Below, one piece after another: positions 55,185 through 64,000 of a DNA stretch of 64,000 nucleotides. A program made the position numbers and the translations under genes. The stretch comes from the human T2T-CHM13v2.0 reference genome, Homo sapiens: the NCBI RefSeq assembly GCF_009914755.1, contig NC_060933.1; one strand, written 5' to 3'. How positions within the stretch are numbered: position 1 is the first letter of the stretch; each line of letters starts with the position of its first letter. The notes under the pieces are model-generated. The model was given only the letters and a program-made list of their open reading frames with translations. It was not told where the DNA came from and did not search any database.

Positions 55185-58100
55185 CAACACGATTGCAATC
55201 GAATGGAATGGAATGGAATTAACCCGAATAGAATGGAATGGAACGGAACGGAATGGAATGGAATGGAATGGAATGGAATGGAATGGAACGGAACGGAATG
55301 GAATGGAATGGAATGGAATGGAATGGAATGGAATGGAATCAACGCGAGTGCAGGGGAATGGAATGGAATGGAATGCAATGGAATGGAATCTTCCGGAATG
55401 GAATGGAATAGAATGGAATGGAATGGAATGGAATGGAATCAACCCGAGTACAGGGGAATGGAATGGAAGGTAATGCAATGGAAAGGAATCATCCGTAATG
55501 GAATGGAAAGGAATGGAATGGAATGGAATGGAATGGAATGGAATGGAATGGAATCAACTCGATTGCAATCGAATGGAATGGAATCGAATTAACCCGAATA
55601 GAATGGAATGGAATGGAATGGAACGGAACGGAACGGAACGGAATGGAATGGAATGGAATGGAATCGAATGGAATGGAACGGAAAGGAATGGAATTGAATG
55701 GAATGGAATGGAATGGAATGGAATGGAATCAACGCGAGTGCAGGGGAATGGAATGGAATGGAATGCAATGGAATGGAATCTTCCGGAATGGAATGGAATG
55801 GAATGGAATGGAATGGAATGGAATAAACCCGAGTGCAATGGAATGGAGGGGAATGGAATGGAATGGAATGGAACAACCCGAATGGAATGGAATGTAATGG
55901 ACTGTAAGGGAGTTGAATAGAGTCAATCCGAATGTAATGGAATGGAATGGAACGGAATGGAATTGAATGGAATGGAATGGAATGCAATGGAATGGAATCA
56001 ACCCGAGTGCAATGGAATGGAGAGGAATGGAATGGAATGGAATGGAAACTACCCGAATGGAATGGAATGTAATGGAGTGTAAGGGATTGAATAGAATCAA
56101 TCCGAATGTAATGGAATGGAATGGAACGGAATGGAATGGAATGGAATGGAATGGAATGGAATGGAATGCAATGGAATGGAATCAACCCGAGTGCAATCGA
56201 ATGGAATCGAATGGAATGGAATACAATGGAATGGATTCAACTTGAATGGAATGGAAAGAATGGAATCAACACGAGTGGAAGGGCATGGATTGGAATGCAA
56301 TGGAATGGAATCAACCCGAGTACAGGGGAATGGAATGGAATGGAATGCAATGGAATGGAATCATCCGTAATGGAATGGAAAGGAATGGAATGGAATGGAA
56401 TGGAATGGAATGGAATGGAATGGAATGGAATCAACACGATTGCAATCGAATGGAATGGAATGGAATTAACCCAAATAGAATGGAATGGAATGGAATGAAA
56501 CGGAATGGAATGGAATGGAATGGAATGGAATGGAATGGAATGGAACGGAACAGAAAGGAATGGAATGGAATGGAATGGAATGGAATGGAATCAACGCGAG
56601 TGCAGGGGAATGGCATGGATTGGAATGCAACGGAATGGAATCTTCCGGAATGGAATGGAATGGAATGGAATGAAATGCAATGGATTCAACTCGATTGCAA
56701 TGGAATGGAATAGAATGGAATGGAATGGAATGGAATGGGATTAACCCGAATAGAATGCAATGGAATGGAATGGAACGGAGTGGAACGGAATGGAATGGAA
56801 TGGAATGGAATGGAATGAAATGGAATGGTATGGAATGGAATGGTACGGAATAGAATGGAATGGAACGAATTGTAATGGAATGGAATTGAATGGAATGGAA
56901 TGGAATGGAATGGAATTAACGCGAGTGCAGGGGAATGTAATGGAACGGAATGCAATGGAATGGAATCATCCGGAATGGAATGGAATGGAATGGAATGGAA
57001 TGGAATCAACCCGAGTGCAATGGAATGGAGTGGAATGGAATGGAATGGAATGGAATCAACGCGAGTGCAGGGGAATGGAATGGAATGGAATGCAATGGAA
57101 TGGAATCTTCCGGAATGGAATGGAATGGAATGGAATGGAATGGAATGGAATAGAATCAACCCGAGTGCAATGGAATGGAGTGGAATGGAATGGAATGGAA
57201 TGGAACAACCCGAATGGAATGGAATGTAATGGAGACTAAGGGAGATGAATAGAATCAATTAGAATGTAATGGAATGGAATGGAACGGAATGGAATTGAAT
57301 GGAATGGAATGGAATGCAATGGAATGGAATCAACCCGAGTGCAATAGAATGGAGAGGAATGGAATGGAATGGAAAGGAAACTACCCGAATGGAATGGAAT
57401 GTAATGGAGTGTAAGGGAATTGAATAGAATCAATCCGAATGTAATGGAATGGAATGGAACGGAATGGAATGGAATGGAATGGAATGGAATGGAATGGAAT
57501 GGAATGCAATGGAATGGAATCAACCCGAGTGCAATCGAATGGAATCGAATTGAATGGAATGCAATGGAATGGATTCAACTTGAATGGAATGGAAAGAATG
57601 GAATCAACACGAGTGGAAGGGCATGGATTGGAATGCAATGGAATGGAAACAACCCGAGTACAGGGGAATGGAATGGAATGGAATGCAATGGAATGGAATC
57701 ATCCGTAATGGAATGGAAAGGAATGGAATGGAATGGAATGGAATGGAATTAACCCGAATAGAATGGAATGGAATGGAATGGAACGGAATGGAACGGAATG
57801 GAATGGCATGGAATGGAATGGAATGGAATGGTATGGAATGGAATGGAATGGTAGGGAATAGAATGGAATGGAACGAATTGTAATGGAATGGAATGGAATG
57901 GAATGGAATGGAATGGAATGGAATGGAATGGAATGGAATCAACGCGAGTGCAGGGGAATGTAATGGAACGGAATGCAATGGAATGGAATCATCCGGAATG
58001 GAATGGAATGGAATGGAATGGAATGGAATGGAATCAACCCGAGTGCAATGGAATGGAGTGGAATGGAATGGAATGGAATGGAACAACCCGAATGGAATGG

Positions 58101-61100
58101 AATGTAATGGAGAGTAAGGGAGTTGAATAGAATCAATCGGAATGTAATGGAATGGAATGCAACGGAATGCAATGGAATGGAATGGAATGGAATGGAATGG
58201 AATGGAATGCAAAGGAATGGAATCAACCCGAGTGGAATGGCATGGAATGGAATGCAATGGAATGGAATGGAATGGAATCAACTCGAATGGAAAGGAATGG
58301 AATGGAATGGAAAGGAATGGAATGAAATCAACTCGAGTGGAATGGAATGGAATGGATTGGAATGGATTGCAATGGAATGAAATGGAATGGAATGGAATAT
58401 AATCAATCATTCCGAGTGGAATGGAAGGGAATGTAATGGAGTGGAAAGAAGGGAATGGAATCAACCCGATTGGAATGCAAGGCAATGGAATCGAATGGAA
58501 AGGAATGGAATGGAATCAACTCGATTGCAATGGAATGGAATGGAATGGAATGGAATGGAATGGAATGGAATGGAATTAACCGGAATAGAATGGAATGCAA
58601 TGGAATGGAACGGAATGGAATGGAATAGAAGGTAATGGAATCAACACGAGTGCAGGGGAATGGAATGGAATGGAATGCAATGGAATGGAATCATCCGGAA
58701 TGGAATGGAATGGAATGGAATCAACTCCATTGCAATGGAATGGAATGGAATGGAATGGAATAGAATGGAATGGAATTAACCCGAATAGAATGGAATGCAA
58801 TAGAATGGAATGGAACGGAACCGAATGGAGTGGAATGGAATGGAATGGAATCAACCTGAGTGCAGGGGAATGGAATGGAATGGAATGCAACGGAATGGAA
58901 TCATCCGGAATGGAATGGAATGGAATGGAATGGAATCAAACCGAGTGCAATGGAATGGAGTGAAATGGAATGGAATGGAATGGAAACAACCAGAATGGAT
59001 TGGAATATAATGGAGTGTAAGGGAATTGAATAGAATCAAAATGAATGTAATGAAATGGAATGGAACGGAATGGAATGGAATGGAATGGAATGGAATGGAA
59101 TGGAATGGAATGGAATCAAACCGAGTGGAATGGCATGGAATGGAATGCAATGGAATGGAATGGAATGGAATGGAATGGTTCGGAATAGAATGGATTGGAA
59201 CAAAATGGAATGGAATGGAATGGAATGGAATGGAATGGAATGGAATAGAATGGAATGGAATGGAATCAAGTCGGTTGCAGTGGAATAGAATGGAATGGAA
59301 TGGAACGGAGTGGAATGGAATGGAATGGAATGGAATGGAATTAAATGGAATGGAAAGGAATGGAATCAACCAGAGTGGAATGGAAGGGAATGGAATGGAA
59401 TGGAAACTAATAGAATGGAATCAACCCGAGTGGAATGGAATGGAAAGGACTGGAATGGAATGGAATGGAATGGAATGGAATGGAATCAACTCGATTGTAA
59501 TGGAATGGAATGGAATGGAATGGAATGGAATTAACCTGAATACAATGGAATGGAATGGAATGGAACGGAATGGAGTGGAATGGAATGGAATCAACCCGAG
59601 TGCAGGGGAATGGAATGGAATGGAATGCAATGGAATGGAATCATCCGGAATGGAATGGAATGGAATGGAATGCAAAGCAATGGAATCAACTCGATTGCAA
59701 TGGAATGGAATGGAATGGAAGGGAATACATTGGAATCAACCCGAGTGGAATGGAATGGAAAGGACTGGAATGGAGTGGAATGGAATGGAATGGAATCAAC
59801 TCGATTGGAATGGAATGGAATGGAATGGAATGGAATGGAATGGAATTAACCCGAATAGAATGGAATGGAATGGAATGGAATGGAATGGAATCAACGCGAG
59901 TGCAGGGGAATGGAATGGAATGGAAAGTAATGGAATGGAATCTTCCGGAATGGAATGGAATGGAATGGAATGGAATGAAAGGCAATGGATTCAACTCGAT
60001 TGCAATGCAATGGAATAGAATGGAAGGGAATGGAATGGAATGGAATGGAATTGAATGGAATGGAATGCCTTCAAACCGAATGGAATGGAAAGGAATGGAA
60101 TCAACACGAGTGGAAAGGAATGGAATGGAAAGGAATGGAAAGGAATGGAATGGTACCGAATAGAACGGAATGGAACGAACTGGAATGGAATGGAATGGAT
60201 TGGAATGGAATGGAATGGAATGGAATGGAATCGTTCCGAGTGGAATAGGAGGGAATGTATTCGAGTGGAATGGAAAGGAAAGGAATCAACCAGAGTGGAA
60301 TGGAAGGGAATGGAATGGAATGGAAACTAATAGAATGGAATCAACCCGAGTGGAATGGAATGGAAAGGACTGGAATGGAATGGAATGGAATGGAATGGAA
60401 TGGAATGGAATCAACTCGATTGTAATGGAATGGAATGGAATGGAATGGAATGGAATGGAATGGAATGGAATGGAATTAACCCGAATACAATGGAATGGAA
60501 TGGAATGGAACGGAATGGAGTGGAATGGAATGGAATCAACCCGAGTGTAATGGAATGGAAAGGACTGGAATGGAGTGGAATGGAATGGAATGCAATGGAA
60601 TGGAATCAACTCGATTGGAATGGAATGGAATGGAATGCAATGGAATGGAATCTTCCGGAATGGAATGGAATGGAATGGAATGGAATGGAATGGAATGGAA
60701 TAAACCCGAGTGCAATGGAATGGAGTGGAATGGAATGGAATGGTATGGAACAACCCGAATGGAATGGAATGTAATGGAGAGTAAGGGAGTTGAATAGAAT
60801 CAATCCGAATGGAATGGAATGGAATGGAACGGAATGGAATTGAATGGAATGGAATGGAATGCAATGGAATGGAATCAACCCGAGTGCAATGGAATGGAGA
60901 GGAATGGAATGGAATGGAATGGAAACTACCCGAATGGAATGGAATGGAATGGAGTGTAAGGGAATTGAATAGAATCAATCCAAATGTAATGGAATGGAAT
61001 GGAACGGAATGGAATGGAATGGAATGGAATGGAATGGAATGGAATGCAATGGAATGGAATCAACCCGAGTGCAATCGAATGGAATCGAATGGAATGGAAT

Positions 61101-61309
61101 GCAATGGAATGGATTCAACTTGAATGGAATGGAAAGAATGGAATCAACACGAGTGGAAGGGCATGGATTGGAATGCAATGGAATGGAAACAACCCGAGTA
61201 CAGGGGAATGGAATGGAATGGAATGCAATGGAATGGAATCATCCGTAATGGAATGGAAAGGAATGGAATGGAATGGAATGGAATGGAATGGAATGGAATG
61301 GAATGGAAT
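55185..61309 (+). repeat. ~6.125-kb higher-order repeat, copy 2
   Basis: Colinear with copy 1. ORF pairs 50116/56246, 52441/58576, 54669/60809. Confidence 0.92.
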
Positions 61310-64000
61310 CAACACGATTGCAATCGAATGGAATGGAATGGAATTAACCCGAATAGAATGGAATGGAACGGAACGGAATGGAATGGAATGGAATGGAATG
61401 GAATGGAACGGAACGGAATGGAATGGAATGGAATGGAATGGAATGGAATGGAATGGAATCAACGCGAGTGCAGGGGAATGGAATGGAATGGAATGCAATG
61501 GAATGGAATCTTCCGGAATGGAATGGAATAGAATGGAATGGAATGGAATGGAATGGAATCAACCCGAGTACAGGGGAATGGAATGGAAGGTAATGCAATG
61601 GAAAGGAATCATCCGTAATGCAATGGAAAGGAATGGAATGGAATGGAATGGAATGGAATGGAATGGAATGGAATCAAATCAATTGCAATCGAATGGAATG
61701 GAATCGAATTAACCCGAATAGAATGGAATGGAATGGAATGGAACGGAACGGAACGGAACGGAATGGAATGGAATGGAATGGAATCGAATGGAATGGAACG
61801 GAAAGGAATGGAATTGAATGGAATGGAATGGAATGGAATGGAATGGAATCAACGCGAGTGCAGGGGAATGGAATGGAATGGAATGCAATGGAATGGAATC
61901 TTCCGGAATGGAATGGAATGGAATGGAATGGAATGGAATGGAATGGAATAAACCCGAGTGCAATGGAATGGAGGGGAATGGAATGGAATGGAATGGAACA
62001 ACCCGAATGGAATGGAATGTAATGGACTGTAAGGGAGTTGAATAGAGTCAATCCGAATGTAATGGAATGGAATGGAACGGAATGGAATTGAATGGAATGG
62101 AATGGAATGCAATGGAATGGAATCAACCCGAGTGCAATGGAATGGAGAGGAATGGAATGGAAACTACCCGAATGGAATGGAATGTAATGGAGTGTAAGGG
62201 ATTGAATAGAATCAATCCGAATGTAATGGAATGGAATGGAACGGAATGGAATGGAATGGAATGGAATGGAATGGAATGGAATGCAATGGAATGGAATCAA
62301 CCCGAGTGCAATCGAATGGAATCGAATGGAATGGAATACAATGGAATGGATTCAACTTGAATGGAATGGAAAGAATGGAATCAACACGAGTGGAAGGGCA
62401 TGGATTGGAATGCAATGGAATGGAATCAACCCGAGTACAGGGGAATGGAATGGAATGGAATGCAATGGAATGGAATCATCCGTAATGGAATGGAAAGGAA
62501 TGGAATGGAATGGAATGGAATGGAATGGAATGGAATGGAATGGAATCAACACGATTGCAATCGAATGGAATGGAATGGAATTAACCCAAATAGAATGGAA
62601 TGGAATGGAATGAAACGGAATGGAATGGAATGGAATGGAATGGAATGGAATGGAATGGAACGGAACAGAAAGGAATGGAATGGAATGGAATGGAATGGAA
62701 TGGAATCAACGCGAGTGCAGGGGAATGGCATGGATTGGAATGCAACGGAATGGAATCTTCCGGAATGGAATGGAATGGAATGGAATGAAATGCAATGGAT
62801 TCAACTCGATTGCAATGGAATGGAATAGAATGGAATGGAATGGAATGGAATGGGATTAACCCGAATAGAATGCAATGGAATGGAATGGAACGGAGTGGAA
62901 CGGAATGGAATGGAATGGAATGGAATGGAATGAAATGGAATGGTATGGAATGGAATGGTACGGAATAGAATGGAATGGAACGAATTGTAATGGAATGGAA
63001 TTGAATGGAATGGAATGGAATGGAATGGAATTAACGCGAGTGCAGGGGAATGTAATGGAACGGAATGCAATGGAATGGAATCATCCGGAATGGAATGGAA
63101 TGGAATGGAATGGAATGGAATCAACCCGAGTGCAATGGAATGGAGTGGAATGGAATGGAATGGAATGGAATCAACGCGAGTGCAGGGGAATGGAATGGAA
63201 TGGAATGCAATGGAATGGAATCTTCCGGAATGGAATGGAATGGAATGGAATGGAATGGAATGGAATAGAATCAACCCGAGTGCAATGGAATGGAGTGGAA
63301 TGGAATGGAATGGAATGGAACAACCCGAATGGAATGGAATGTAATGGAGACTAAGGGAGATGAATAGAATCAATTAGAATGTAATGGAATGGAATGGAAC
63401 GGAATGGAATTGAATGGAATGGAATGGAATGCAATGGAATGGAATCAACCCGAGTGCAATAGAATGGAGAGGAATGGAATGGAATGGAATGGAAACTACC
63501 CGAATGGAATGGAATGTAATGGAGTGTAAGGGAATTGAATAGAATCAATCCGAATGTAATGGAATGGAATGGAACGGAATGGAATGGAATGGAATGGAAT
63601 GGAATGGAATGGAATGGAATGCAATGGAATGGAATCAACCCGAGTGCAATCGAATGGAATCGAATTGAATGGAATGCAATGGAATGGATTCAACTTGAAT
63701 GGAATGGAAAGAATGGAATCAACACGAGTGGAAGGGCATGGATTGGAATGCAATGGAATGGAAACAACCCGAGTACAGGGGAATGGAATGGAATGGAATG
63801 CAATGGAATGGAATCATCCGTAATGGAATGGAAAGGAATGGAATGGAATGGAATGGAATGGAATGGAATTAACCCGAATAGAATGGAATGGAATGGAATG
63901 GAACGGAATGGAACGGAATGGAATGGCATGGAATGGAATGGAATGGAATGGTATGGAATGGAATGGAATGGTAGGGAATAGAATGGAATGGAACGAATTG
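61310..64000 (+). repeat. ~6.125-kb higher-order repeat, copy 3 (truncated by window end)
   Basis: ORF pairs 56246/62361, 56686/62801, 57236/63351 (offset 6115); almost identical to copy 2. Confidence 0.9.

Larger units (their letters stand above)
1..64000 (+). repeat. Satellite III (HSat3)-type (GGAAT)n pericentromeric satellite array, G-rich strand on +; extends past both window ends
   Basis: Every line is GGAAT pentamers interrupted by recurrent variant words: CAACCCGAGT, CAACTCGATT, TAACCCGAAT, CATCCGG, GCAGGGG, GTAAGGG. (GGAAT)n with CAACCCGAGT/CAACCCGAAT decamers is the classical Satellite III signature; HSat2 is instead dominated by CATTCGATTC-type units. Confidence 0.97.

Noticed and set aside
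1-64000. Hundreds of ORFs encoding (MEWNG)n on + and (IPFHS)n on -
   Set aside because: A GGAAT pentamer has no stop codon in any frame, so overlapping ORFs appear in all six frames. There are no domains and no frame preference. Database hits to such 'proteins' would most likely be mis-annotated satellite or human contamination.
1-64000. CRISPR-like array (recurring words separated by spacers)
   Set aside because: The 'spacers' are GGAAT repeats rather than unique sequence, and there are no cas genes or leader.
1-64000. Embedded transposon, unique island or strand inversion
   Set aside because: I saw no stretch departing from the pentamer framework for more than ~30 bp, no poly(A) tail or target-site duplication, and no (CATTC)n block on the + strand.
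1-64000. HSat2, alpha satellite, telomeric repeat, or a DYZ1-like fixed ~3.6-kb period
   Set aside because: No dominance of CATTCGATTC-type units, no 171-bp monomer, no TTAGGG, and no single constant period across the window.

Overview
The whole 64-kb window is one uninterrupted satellite array of (GGAAT)n pentamers on the + strand, or (CATTC)n on the - strand. It is punctuated every few tens of bases by CAACCCGAGT-type variant words, the hallmark of human/hominoid Satellite III (HSat3). A 9q12-like subfamily is plausible but unverified. I found no genes, RNA genes, transposons, CRISPR arrays or strand inversions; all listed ORFs are (MEWNG)n/(IPFHS)n translations of the pentamer. The real structure is a mosaic of reusable variant modules organised into nested tandem duplications. 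These are a ~3.3-kb pair (~3870-10470), a ~7.3-kb pair (~26370-40170) with internal 0.35/0.53-kb, 0.17-kb and 1.57-kb repeats, and a young ~6.125-kb array (49060 to the window end) with a shorter diverged predecessor. Two observations stand out. About 38 perfect three-unit heat-shock elements (nGAAnnTTCnnGAAn, mostly GGAATCTTCCGGAAT) are carried by one satellite module and are densest in the youngest array. The pentamer register also slips in one direction only. All counts and coordinates were read by eye.
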